This document shows positions 39,234 through 48,503 of a DNA stretch of 64,000 nt, piece by piece. The stretch is from Candidatus Bathyarchaeota archaeon (GTDB lineage Archaea; Thermoproteota; Bathyarchaeia; TCS64): assembly GCA_963771885.1 (NCBI GenBank), contig CAVYVF010000002.1:96001-160000 (forward strand), read 5' to 3'. The position numbers and the translations under genes were made by a program. Under the pieces are notes generated by a model. The model was not told the origin of the DNA. It was given only the letters and a program-made list of their open reading frames with translations, and did no database searches. Numbering within the stretch: position 1 is the stretch's first letter; each line of letters begins with the position of its first letter.

Positions 39234-39656
39234 TTTTCGCGCCTCTCATAAACTCACGGTATCCCGTATATATTGCTATCCATCTTTCTCCATTATTAAT
39301 TTGATATTTATTTCCACTAAAATAAATACTGAATGTTATGATATTTTAAGAAAATTGTGTTCAATTTTATCGGATATGTAGATATTATTCGTTTATGTTA
39401 TTTGATGAAAGTTGACGTTTGTCATTACACTATTCTTATAATTTAGTCAAATTCAATTTTCCTTTTCGAAGCTTGTTTTATTTGTTCGACGATAGCTTTA
39501 AATCCATTCCTTAGAAAGCCTAGGAGATGGTATGTACAGGTAAGGTAGGTGTATTTACATACCCTTACTCCCCATCTGCGCGAATGGGATATAAACTTAG
39601 CTTTACCTGTTGGAAGATATCATCTTCAGACTCAATCAGGTTCGTGAGTGGATAGC
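39234..39656. promoter_or_regulatory. AT-rich divergent promoter region between gdh-nfn and the ech operon
   Basis: Very AT-rich; TTTAAAT box at about 39497-39503 on the + strand; TATATA-like box near 39267-39272 for gdh. Confidence 0.6.
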
Positions 39657-41597
39657 ATGGATAGCGAGTTACTTGTTGCGTTACTGGTCGGTCTCCCCGC
39701 GGTAGCGGGGCTGTTGTGTTATTTCCTCAAGAACAAGACCGCCATCAAGGCGATTGTTGGGATCAGCGCAGTTGCCTTGATCGGTTCGACGATTCTGCTT
39801 TATCAGAACGACGGCTTCGTGCTCAAGACGAGCACGTTAATCGATGACCTAGTCCTCATCGCGGACTTTGCCTTACTATTGTACTTCCTCTACATTGGGT
39901 GGCAGAAGGCAAACCTGCCAATCATCGGTTTGACTCTGACCTACATTGTTCCCCTTGCATACTTCGAGTACTGGCACTACAACGAGGAGATCACTCCTAC
40001 GATGTTTGCGGACCAGCTCTCAATCACTATGTCCCTCATTGTCGGCGTGATAGGCTCCATCGTGTGTATCTATGCGCTCAGATACATGGATGACCACTCA
40101 AAGCACATGGAGTCGCTGACTGGGCGCGACAGGTTCGTCCAGAAGGCGAACCAGCCCAAGTTCTTCCTCTTCATGCTTCTCCTCCTCGGCGCGATGAATG
40201 GGCTTGTCTATAGCAACGACTTGACGTGGCTCGCGTTCTTCTGGGAGATCACTACGCTCTGTTGCTATGAGCTCATCAGGTATGATGGGACAGAGGTAGC
40301 TGAGGCAAACGCCCAGCGCGCCCTCTGGATGGGCATAGTCGGAGGAGCCGCCTTCATGGGTGCACTCTGGCTGAGCTACCAATATCTTGGGATCCCGTCC
40401 CTAACGGCGCTCCTAGCCTCCCCCACCACGACCCCTGTCCTGCTGATATTCGCGCTGCTAGCCGTGGCGGCGTTTAGCAAGTCGGCTCAGCTACCATTCC
40501 AAAACTGGCTCCTCGGGGCCATGGTTGCACCTACACCCGTGTCGGCTCTCCTTCACTCAAGCACGATGGTCAATGCTGGTGTATACCTGATCCTCAGGAT
40601 CGCCCCCAAGCTAGTCGGGACGAATCTGAGCTACGGAATTGCTGCCGTCGGAATATTCACGTTCATGTTCACTTCCATCATGGCGCTGAACCAGCGTGTC
40701 TCCAAGTCTATACTCGCCTACTCCACGATCGGTAACCTAGGCCTAATGATCTTCTGCGCCAGCATGGCGACCCCACTTTCCTACTCCGCCGCTATTATTC
40801 TGCTCATCTTCCACTCGATGTCCAAGGGCCTGCTCTTCATGACGGCCGGGATAATTGAGAACAAGCTCCATAGCAGGAACATCGCCGACTGGCAGGGTTT
40901 GCTCGCGAGGCTGCCGTTCACGACGACCGTCATGATTATCGGCATTGTGAGCATGTTCCTCCCTATCTTCGGCGTGTTGCTTGGCAAGTGGGCGGCCGTA
41001 GGCGTCGTCTCCAACGCGCCTCTGCTCCCCGCACTTGCGATGATAATAATGCTTCTCATAGGAAGCTCGGCGAGCATGCTGTTCTGGGCGAAGTGGCTCG
41101 GTAACTTCATCATGGCACCCGCCGGTAAAGCCAAAGCCTCAGAGGAGGATTTACCCCTCATCTACAAGTTCACGCTACTCATCGTCCTCGCGTTGGACAT
41201 CGCAGCGAGCATAGGTTCAGGCTTCGTCATCGGGAACTTTGTCGTTCCAACGATGATCCGTCAGTTCACATGGGTCACCCCACCCGATCCATCGATATTC
41301 GTCGCGCAGCTGGGCGGTTTCCTAATCTGGCAGCTCTGGATCGCGATCGGCGCTGTCATCGCCTTTGGACTGATAATCAGCAGGACGAAGAAGGGACAGC
41401 TACAGCCTGCTTACCTATCAGGCGAAAACGTCGAAGACAACCCCATCGCCTTCAGAACGACGGGTGACACGGTTGTCGACACGACAGTGGCTGGCATGTT
41501 CTTCGACCCTACAATCTCTACCTCCCGCTGGGAGCGATGGGCCATCATTCTAAGCATCGGCCTAATCGCACTTACGTTCGCTCTGGTGGTGTTGTAA
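39657..41597 (+). CDS. echA: EchA/NuoL-like antiporter subunit
   Basis: FFWE, KSAQLPF, AMVAPTPVSALLHSSTMV, HSMSKGLLF motifs. Confidence 0.9.
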   Translation: MDSELLVALLVGLPAVAGLLCYFLKNKTAIKAIVGISAVALIGSTILLYQNDGFVLKTSTLIDDLVLIADFALLLYFLYIGWQKANLPIIGLTLTYIVPLAYFEYWHYNEEITPTMFADQLSITMSLIVGVIGSIVCIYALRYMDDHSKHMESLTGRDRFVQKANQPKFFLFMLLLLGAMNGLVYSNDLTWLAFFWEITTLCCYELIRYDGTEVAEANAQRALWMGIVGGAAFMGALWLSYQYLGIPSLTALLASPTTTPVLLIFALLAVAAFSKSAQLPFQNWLLGAMVAPTPVSALLHSSTMVNAGVYLILRIAPKLVGTNLSYGIAAVGIFTFMFTSIMALNQRVSKSILAYSTIGNLGLMIFCASMATPLSYSAAIILLIFHSMSKGLLFMTAGIIENKLHSRNIADWQGLLARLPFTTTVMIIGIVSMFLPIFGVLLGKWAAVGVVSNAPLLPALAMIIMLLIGSSASMLFWAKWLGNFIMAPAGKAKASEEDLPLIYKFTLLIVLALDIAASIGSGFVIGNFVVPTMIRQFTWVTPPDPSIFVAQLGGFLIWQLWIAIGAVIAFGLIISRTKKGQLQPAYLSGENVEDNPIAFRTTGDTVVDTTVAGMFFDPTISTSRWERWAIILSIGLIALTFALVVL

Positions 41598-41598
41598 A

Positions 41599-42465
41599 AT
41601 GGCACAAGAACTCGACATGGCTTTACGCATCATATACGTACTATCCGCACCCATCATTGCGGGGCTACTAACAGGAATCGATAGGATTCTCACTGCAAGG
41701 ATGCAGAGCAGGATGGGTCCACCACTCCTTCAGCCATTTTATGATTTAATCAAGCTCTGGGGCAAGGAGCCGTTCATCTCAAACATGATCCAGCCAACGC
41801 TTGCATTCGGCTACCTCGCATTCACCGTGACGGGTATCTCCCTCATCGCATTGCAGGAGGATCTACTGTTCATACTCTACACCGTATTGATCGCAGACGT
41901 GTGCCTTGCTGTGGCCGCATACAGCACAACCTCCCCCTACAGTAACCTGGGTGGAAAACGTGAGCTTCTGGCGATGCTCTCAATCGAGCCCATCATGGTG
42001 CTCACCGCGATAGGCGTTCACCTGATCACAGGGAGCTTCCAGATATCCAGCATATTCGCATACCCCACCCCTCTCCTGCTCATCCTTCCCGGCGCCCTCG
42101 CAGTGCATGTCATCGTTCTAGTCATCGACATGAAGAAGTCCCCCTTCGACATATCCGGCTCAAGCCACGCCCACCAGTCGCTCGTCCGTGGCGTCTATAC
42201 CGAGTTCAGTGGTTACACGCAGGCGCTTGTCGAGATGGGTCACTGGCTAAAGGTCTACTTCACAATGAGCCTCATCGCCCTCTTCTGGGCTCAGAACTTC
42301 ATTATAGGCGCAGCGATCGCCTTCGCTCTCTTCTTTATAGCGATAGTGATCGATAACATCTATCCTCGCTTAGACTGGAAGGACATGCTCAAAACGTCCT
42401 GGACCTTCGGGTTCCTCCTGATACTTGTGAACCTGATCGTCATCGTCGTCTTCAAGGTGATTTAA
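41599..42465 (+). CDS. echB: EchB/NuoH-like membrane subunit
   Basis: ARMQSRMGPPLLQPFYDLIKL and PFD....HAHQ motifs. Confidence 0.9.
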   Translation: MAQELDMALRIIYVLSAPIIAGLLTGIDRILTARMQSRMGPPLLQPFYDLIKLWGKEPFISNMIQPTLAFGYLAFTVTGISLIALQEDLLFILYTVLIADVCLAVAAYSTTSPYSNLGGKRELLAMLSIEPIMVLTAIGVHLITGSFQISSIFAYPTPLLLILPGALAVHVIVLVIDMKKSPFDISGSSHAHQSLVRGVYTEFSGYTQALVEMGHWLKVYFTMSLIALFWAQNFIIGAAIAFALFFIAIVIDNIYPRLDWKDMLKTSWTFGFLLILVNLIVIVVFKVI

Positions 42466-42466
42466 A

Positions 42467-42925
42467 ATGAAGTTGATGACTAAAGCCCGGCTCAAGTCTC
42501 CATGGGTCCTCCACTACGACACCGGTAGCTGTAACGGCTGCGATATCGAGATACTCGCCGCCCTCACACCAAAGTTCGATGCTGAGAGGTTCGGCATAGT
42601 CAACATTGGTGACCCTAAGCAGGCGGACATACTACTCATCACCGGGCCGGCGAACCATCGTAACAAGACCGTCCTCAAGAACCTTTACGATCAGATGCCT
42701 GAGCCAAAGCTAGTCATGGCGATCGGCGAATGCGCGTGTTCGGGCGCGATATTCCACAACTGCCCCAACACTCTCGGAGGCGTCGACAAAGTCGTACCCG
42801 TTGACGTCTACGTCCCCGGCTGCGCAGTACGACCTGAGCAGATAGTCGATGGCGTAATCCTAGCGCTAGGGAAACTCGCTGAGAAGAGCGAGCAAATGGA
42901 GCAGAAGGAGAAGAAGGGTGAGTAA
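42467..42925 (+). CDS. echC: Group 4 hydrogenase small subunit
   Basis: GSCNGCDIE, GECA and PGC..RP motifs. Confidence 0.92.
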   Translation: MKLMTKARLKSPWVLHYDTGSCNGCDIEILAALTPKFDAERFGIVNIGDPKQADILLITGPANHRNKTVLKNLYDQMPEPKLVMAIGECACSGAIFHNCPNTLGGVDKVVPVDVYVPGCAVRPEQIVDGVILALGKLAEKSEQMEQKEKKGE

Positions 42926-44723
42926 GATGACTGCACCAGCACAAACAAGCCTTAGCAACACGATCGATGATACAGTCGATAAGAACAATCTATTCTTCAA
43001 CCTAAATGAGCTGAAGGGATCGGGAGCCCGCTTCCTAACCATCACGGCACTCGACCTCGAAAAGGACTTTGAGCTAGTATACCATTTCGAAAAAGGCTCA
43101 AATATCATCAACCTTCGCCTAAAGTCTCCGAAGAAGGAGACCTTGCAGAGCATCACGACAGTCTATCCGATGGCTTTCCTCGCCGAGAACGAGTTACAGG
43201 ATCACTTCGGCATCAAGGTATCCGGACTCAACGTCGATTTCGGCGGCAAGCTACTACGTGTTGAGACCGCTGAGCAGGATACTTTACTCAAGCCGGCGGT
43301 TGGTCCGGTTCCATTCATAAAGAGGTTCTGGGGGAAGTGCCGCGAGGAATGCCCAGCGAACGTGAACGCGCCAAAGTACATCCGCCAGATAGTCGAGGGA
43401 AATCCAAAGGGAAGTTATAGCACTATTATCGAGCAGGCACCGTTGCCAGCAATACTCGGCAGGGTTTGCTTCGCCCCCTGCCAAGAGGGATGTAGACAGG
43501 AGAAGAACGACCACCCCATACAGATACGCCTCCTCAAGAGGTACGCCGCTGATTCGATCGGCAGGCTCAAGAGGGATGTATCCAGAGCTAAGCCGACCGG
43601 TAAGAAGATCGCCGTCATCGGCGGCGGCCCATCCGGAGTCTCCTGCGCATTCTACTTGGGGATGCTGGGCCACGACGTGACCGTCTTCGAGAAGAATGAC
43701 AGGTGCGGCGGCGCCATGCTTTGGGGCATACCCAAGTACAGACTCCCCAAGACCGTTATGGAGGAGGAGATCATTGCCCGCTTCGAGGAGGCTGGCGTGG
43801 TGTTCGAGAAGGGTAAGGAGATCAATAGCCTCAAGCCCATCTTGGACAAATTCGACGCCGTCTACATCTCTATAGGCGCCACCGACAGCTACAAGCTAGG
43901 CGTCGAAGGCGAGGACGCTAAGGGCGTCATCGACTTCCGTGACCTCCTCACTGAGGTCAACATGAGAAACAAGCACCTTAACGTTGGCCAGCGTGTAGCC
44001 ATCGTCGGTGGAGGGAATAGCAGCATCGATGCCGCACGCGTCGCCAAGAGACTCGGCGCTGCAAACGTTACACTGTACTATAGGCGCACTGAGAAGGAGA
44101 TGCCCGCGTCACCGCTAGAAATCCACGGCGCACTACAGGAGGGCATCAACTTCGAATACCTCACCGCGCCGGTCAAGATCATACCTGGCGAGCCCCTCAA
44201 GATGGTCCTACAGCACATGGAGCTCGGCGAACCCGACGAGTCCGGGCGTCGCCGTCCCGTCCCAGTAATCGGCAGCGACTTCACAATTGTTGTTGACACA
44301 ATCATCAAGGGCATCGGCCAGTCAGTCGTTATCCCGAAGGACTTCAACGTTGAGGTATCGCGCAGAGGCACGATAGTTGTCAACGACAACTACGAGACGA
44401 GCGTCAAGAACGTATACGCGGGCGGAGACTGCGTCTTTGGTCCCAAGTCCGTCATCGAGGCACTGCGCGATGGGCGTCTAGCAGCGTCCGTAATAGACAA
44501 GAGCTTCGGCGGCAACGGCTGGCTCGTTCCCGGCGTCGACATCAACGAGTACGTCGGCAGGGCACCGAACATCGACGAGATTAGGTTCCAGGAAGTAACA
44601 CAGGTGAGAGAGCTAGAGCCCGAGGAACGGGTTAAAAACCTCGATGAGGTTGAGCTAGGATACAACTCCGCAGAGGCGCTTCGCGAAGCGCAGAGATGCT
44701 GGAGGTGCGACTGGAATGAGTAG
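42918..44723 (+). CDS. EchD/NuoC domain fused to a GltD/NfnB-like FAD/NADPH oxidoreductase
   Basis: First about 120 aa: LVYHF...SIT.VYP.AFLAENELQDHFG. Then CREECP, GRVC...C...C, GGGPSG, GIPKYRLP, GGGN, YYRR, GGD and C-terminal RCWRC. Confidence 0.88.
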   Translation: MSKMTAPAQTSLSNTIDDTVDKNNLFFNLNELKGSGARFLTITALDLEKDFELVYHFEKGSNIINLRLKSPKKETLQSITTVYPMAFLAENELQDHFGIKVSGLNVDFGGKLLRVETAEQDTLLKPAVGPVPFIKRFWGKCREECPANVNAPKYIRQIVEGNPKGSYSTIIEQAPLPAILGRVCFAPCQEGCRQEKNDHPIQIRLLKRYAADSIGRLKRDVSRAKPTGKKIAVIGGGPSGVSCAFYLGMLGHDVTVFEKNDRCGGAMLWGIPKYRLPKTVMEEEIIARFEEAGVVFEKGKEINSLKPILDKFDAVYISIGATDSYKLGVEGEDAKGVIDFRDLLTEVNMRNKHLNVGQRVAIVGGGNSSIDAARVAKRLGAANVTLYYRRTEKEMPASPLEIHGALQEGINFEYLTAPVKIIPGEPLKMVLQHMELGEPDESGRRRPVPVIGSDFTIVVDTIIKGIGQSVVIPKDFNVEVSRRGTIVVNDNYETSVKNVYAGGDCVFGPKSVIEALRDGRLAASVIDKSFGGNGWLVPGVDINEYVGRAPNIDEIRFQEVTQVRELEPEERVKNLDEVELGYNSAEALREAQRCWRCDWNE

Positions 44724-45855
44724 CCAACACAACCACGGTGCCTCGCTGGCACGAAAGGAATACACAGTCTTCCCATTCGGGCCGCAGCACCCCGTGCTGC
44801 CCGAGCCCATACAGCTGAGGTTCACACTCGATGAGGAAAAGATAGTCGACGTTGTACCTCAGCTCGGTTACGTTCACAGGGGCATCGAGCGCGCCGCTGA
44901 GTTGAACGACTACAAGCGCAACGTCTTCCTTTGTGAACGCGTCTGTGGCATCTGCAACTACATCCACGGAATGACCTACAGCATGGCGATAGAAAAGCTG
45001 ACGGACACCGAGGTGCCCGAGAGGGCAAAGTACCTTAGGGTGATCTGGACGGAACTCGGCCGTCTGCAGAGTCACCTACTCTGGCTCGGCCTCTTCGCTG
45101 ACGCGATAGGGTTCGAGAGTCTCTTCATGCAGATCTGGCGCGACAGGGAGGTTATACTTACCCTGAATGAGAAAACTAATGGCCACAGAATACACCTCTC
45201 TACAAACGCCATCGGAGGGGCGAGGAAGGACATCGACGACTCCCTTGCTAAGGAGTATCGGAAGGACCTTGAGATTGTACGCTCAAAGATTAGAGTTCTC
45301 GAGCCAGTCTTTTACAAGGACAAGTCCTTCAGACAGCTCACTGAGGGCAAGGGCATACTCCCAAAGAGTCAAGCCAACCTCATGGGTGCTGTCGGTCCCG
45401 TGATAAGGGGTAGCGGCGTCGCCCAAGATATGAGATCCCTCGACCCGACATTCAAAGCGCTCGACTTTAAACCCGTCGTCTACGAGAGCTGCGACAGCTA
45501 CGCGAGGACTCTAGTCCGTTTCGACGAGGTCTTCGCGAGCATCGACCTGATAATCAGGGCGCTTGACCAGATGCCCGAGGGTCCTATCCTTAACAAGAAT
45601 GAAAAGTTCCCCGAGGGTACAGCCATAGTGAGGACGGAACAGCCTCGTGGAGAACTATTCTACTACCTCGAAGGGAACGGCACGAACAAGCTTAGTCGAG
45701 TCAAGATCAGGACACCGACGGGCGCAAACATTCCCCCTCTAGTGTCGATGCTCATCGGCCACGAGCTGCCTGATATCCCCGTCATCGTGCATAGCATAGA
45801 CCCCTGCATAAGCTGCACTGAGCGCTACGTGCAAGTTAGGAAGGAGGCGGACTAG
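44716..45855 (+). CDS. echE: Group 4 [NiFe]-hydrogenase large subunit
   Basis: GPQHP, GYVHRGIE, ERVCGIC and DPCISCTER, so all four Ni-Fe cysteines are present. Confidence 0.92.
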   Translation: MSSQHNHGASLARKEYTVFPFGPQHPVLPEPIQLRFTLDEEKIVDVVPQLGYVHRGIERAAELNDYKRNVFLCERVCGICNYIHGMTYSMAIEKLTDTEVPERAKYLRVIWTELGRLQSHLLWLGLFADAIGFESLFMQIWRDREVILTLNEKTNGHRIHLSTNAIGGARKDIDDSLAKEYRKDLEIVRSKIRVLEPVFYKDKSFRQLTEGKGILPKSQANLMGAVGPVIRGSGVAQDMRSLDPTFKALDFKPVVYESCDSYARTLVRFDEVFASIDLIIRALDQMPEGPILNKNEKFPEGTAIVRTEQPRGELFYYLEGNGTNKLSRVKIRTPTGANIPPLVSMLIGHELPDIPVIVHSIDPCISCTERYVQVRKEAD

Positions 45856-45856
45856 G

Positions 45857-46195
45857 ATGCCGGAGATGTGGAAGGAAGTCCTCAAGAACCTAGTAAGTAA
45901 GCCTGCGACCGTCAACTACCCGTTTGAGAAGCCTACGCCGATGCCGGGGACGCGTGGCGCCCTCACCTGGGATATGAGCAGGTGCGACCAGTGCCAGGAC
46001 TGTGAGCGTGTCTGCCCCAGTATGGCAATCAAGGTTTTCCCCGAGGAGAAGAAGATAGAGTACCACCCATTCAAGTGCCTCTTCTGCTACATCTGCATCG
46101 ACAACTGCATGCAGCAGGCCATCATCGGGACCGAAGTCGTGCGTGCGCCTGAGACCTCGAAGGTCGTCGAGACCTACGAAGTCTCAAAAGCGTAA
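45857..46195 (+). CDS. echF: EchF/NuoI-like 2x[4Fe-4S] subunit
   Basis: KPATVNYPF...RG, CDQCQDCERVCP and CLFCYICIDNC. Confidence 0.88.
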   Translation: MPEMWKEVLKNLVSKPATVNYPFEKPTPMPGTRGALTWDMSRCDQCQDCERVCPSMAIKVFPEEKKIEYHPFKCLFCYICIDNCMQQAIIGTEVVRAPETSKVVETYEVSKA

Positions 46196-46280
46196 GTTTT
46201 CTTCTCTCGAATTAGTCGATCGTTTTTATTTTAAGTTGATTTTCCGTAAAGCCATAATTGGGGATGTTGAACCCTGAGAA

Positions 46281-46682
46281 TTATACAGAGGCTTTGCCCG
46301 TGAGGAACTCTATGATCATCTGAGGCGACCCCTCGATCTCGACCTCTATCGGCCCAAGCGGGGACTTGCTTGCGTGGTAGATGCTGACGTGGTTCGCGTA
46401 TGCTGCCTGCCTGTTTAAGTGGAATGTGACCTTCTCGTTCTTCGCCGCCCAGCGGCTGAGCATTGCGCGGGCGGCGTCCCTTATCTTATCGCTGGCTATC
46501 CTTTGCTTTAACTGGCGGAGTGCGTCGATGCCCTCAGCCTCGAGGACGATGTAGGTGACGCCGTGCTCCTTGCTGCGTCTGAGGGGAAAGTTTCCAAACA
46601 GGTTTGTAATTGCCCTCTCTAGCTTCTCCTCGCTCTCGGTGGGGTTTATGTGCGCCTTGGCGGTTACCCTGACCTCAGCCAT
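46281..46682 (-). CDS. UPF0201/DUF54 archaeal putative RNA-binding protein
   Basis: INPTESEEK...AI.NLF, IRDAAR and LNRQAA motifs. Confidence 0.85.
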   Translation of the reverse strand: MAEVRVTAKAHINPTESEEKLERAITNLFGNFPLRRSKEHGVTYIVLEAEGIDALRQLKQRIASDKIRDAARAMLSRWAAKNEKVTFHLNRQAAYANHVSIYHASKSPLGPIEVEIEGSPQMIIEFLTGKASV

Positions 46683-47223
46683 TCCTTATCGTCACCATGA
46701 TCTCGTCGAAGGCGGGTTTTAGGCTGCCGATGCCGTCGTCATTCTTGATCATGTAGTCGCTTGAGGCGATGGCGTCCCCGATGCCGAATCCGAGCTCGCG
46801 GCGCTCTCGCTCCTTGAACTCCTCCCACGTCTTCGGGTCGTCGCTGCGGCCCCGGCGTGTGAGCCTCTTGTAGCGGCTGAGCGGGCTAGCCCAGAGGGCG
46901 ATGAGGACGACGTCGAACTCCGCCTTGAAGGCGTCGACCTCGGCGATGCTTCTAATGCCGTCGACGACTATGAGGCCGTCTGGCCCTTTCTTCAGCATCT
47001 CCACGCATCGGCGGGCAACAGCGTCTGGGCCCTCCTTCCTAATCTCCTCTGCGAGGTGCCCTATGTTCTCCCGCGTGGGCTCTAGCCCTTTGCTCTTGGC
47101 GAGTTCGCGGATGACATCTCCCATGGTGATGACACGTAGACCCGACTCACGGATCAGAGTAGAAAGCGTAGTCTTTCCGGAGCCGGCCATCCCTGTCAGG
47201 AGGATGAGTCGTCTCCGGGTCAT
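46675..47223 (-). CDS. UPF0200 archaeal dephospho-CoA kinase-like P-loop protein
   Basis: GMAGSGKT, MGDVIRE, VDGIRS and RGRSDD motifs. Confidence 0.85.
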   Translation of the reverse strand: MTRRRLILLTGMAGSGKTTLSTLIRESGLRVITMGDVIRELAKSKGLEPTRENIGHLAEEIRKEGPDAVARRCVEMLKKGPDGLIVVDGIRSIAEVDAFKAEFDVVLIALWASPLSRYKRLTRRGRSDDPKTWEEFKERERRELGFGIGDAIASSDYMIKNDDGIGSLKPAFDEIMVTIRNG

Positions 47224-47225
47224 CC

Positions 47226-47993
47226 TCAGCCCATCCTCTCAAGCCCGTCTCTACGCGTCTTAATGAAGACGTTTGTGAGACCCGTCTTTAGAGCTTCCTG
47301 GGCGAGGCTCATCATTGTCTCCCTGCTAGGCGGTTGCTTCTCTTTAAGGGTTTGGCTGAGGACCTCGCCAAGGTTATCGAACTGCTGAAGGTAGTAGACG
47401 GCGCAGCGGCCCTTTATTGACTGGGCTATGCTGGCGATGTAAGCTGGCTCGTCGCTTAATCCCGGGGCGACAGTTGTACGCACCTCCATCTGAATGCCCA
47501 GCTCCTTTGCAAGGTCGAGGCAGTATTCCACGGCTTCGACTGATGCCTCGCCGAGGTCGTTTCGTCCTGTGACCCTGCCGTAGTCCCCAGGATTTAACGG
47601 CGCTTTGACATCGAGGGCGACGCGGTCTATGTAACTGCTTCGGAGAATTCTGTCGAGGTTCTCCTTGACGCTGCCGTTCGTATCGAGCATAACCTTCAGG
47701 CCGCGGCTCTTTACCAGCTTCGCCGCCTCGATTATAGCGTCTGGCTGTAGGACGGGTTCACCTCCGGTGAAGACGACCGCATCGTTAATGACCTTGTTCG
47801 CCTCGAGGCGCTCTTTGAGCAATTCGAGATCGATCTCCCTGCCCGCGTCGAGTGAGATGAGAGCTGAGTTCTGACAGTATGGGCACCTATAATTGCAGCC
47901 GGCACAAAAGACGATTAGGCTGACGTTGCCATACCAGTCGACGGTAGACATGTCAGTTATACCGCCGACCCGGAGCCTAACCTCTGGGTTCAT
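47226..47993 (-). CDS. Radical SAM anaerobic ribonucleotide reductase activating-type protein
   Basis: STVDW.G, GCNYRCPYCQN, TGGEP, DTNGS and RTT motifs. Confidence 0.85.
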   Translation of the reverse strand: MNPEVRLRVGGITDMSTVDWYGNVSLIVFCAGCNYRCPYCQNSALISLDAGREIDLELLKERLEANKVINDAVVFTGGEPVLQPDAIIEAAKLVKSRGLKVMLDTNGSVKENLDRILRSSYIDRVALDVKAPLNPGDYGRVTGRNDLGEASVEAVEYCLDLAKELGIQMEVRTTVAPGLSDEPAYIASIAQSIKGRCAVYYLQQFDNLGEVLSQTLKEKQPPSRETMMSLAQEALKTGLTNVFIKTRRDGLERMG

Positions 47994-47996
47994 TTG

Positions 47997-48401
47997 CTAA
48001 CTGATTGATCTTGGTTCCCCTTTAAAGGGGTTGGGCTCGTCCGCGCGTACAGGTGCGGTGCCGCCAATGATGCTAATGTGGGCAAAATCCTCGCCGATAG
48101 AGCCGTGCCAATGGCTCTCCCCGGCAGGTATGAAGAAGACCAGCCCCGGCTCGGCGGTGTACTCTCGCTCCCTGCTTGCGACCTTTCCCCTGCCGGTTAG
48201 TATCCAGAGGCACTGGTCGTGTTCGTGAGTGTGCCACGTGTTCCTGACCCCTGCGGGGAATGAGACGAGGCTCACGTTGAGGCTCGTCGCCCCTGTCTCC
48301 CTACCGAACACCCTCTTTATAGAGACCTCACCCGTGAATATGCCGCCAGAGGTAGGCTCCTCTTTTACTTCGTCGAGCTTCCTGACCCTCATGCCGATCA
48401 T
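47997..48401 (-). CDS. Cupin domain protein
   Basis: WHTHEHDQ and IPAGESHWHG motifs. Confidence 0.85.
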   Translation of the reverse strand: MIGMRVRKLDEVKEEPTSGGIFTGEVSIKRVFGRETGATSLNVSLVSFPAGVRNTWHTHEHDQCLWILTGRGKVASREREYTAEPGLVFFIPAGESHWHGSIGEDFAHISIIGGTAPVRADEPNPFKGEPRSIS

Positions 48402-48503
48402 GAATATATGGGCTGGTTGGATAGTTCAAACTAACGCTCGGGGGAAGGCTTAAACTACGCCTTGTGGGGGTGAGATAGTGGTATCACTCCGGCGGGTGAC
48501 TTT

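Noticed and set aside
39522..39580. Fluoride riboswitch (GGAGATGG start)
   Set aside because: The downstream consensus and pairing do not match, and the downstream genes are unrelated to fluoride.
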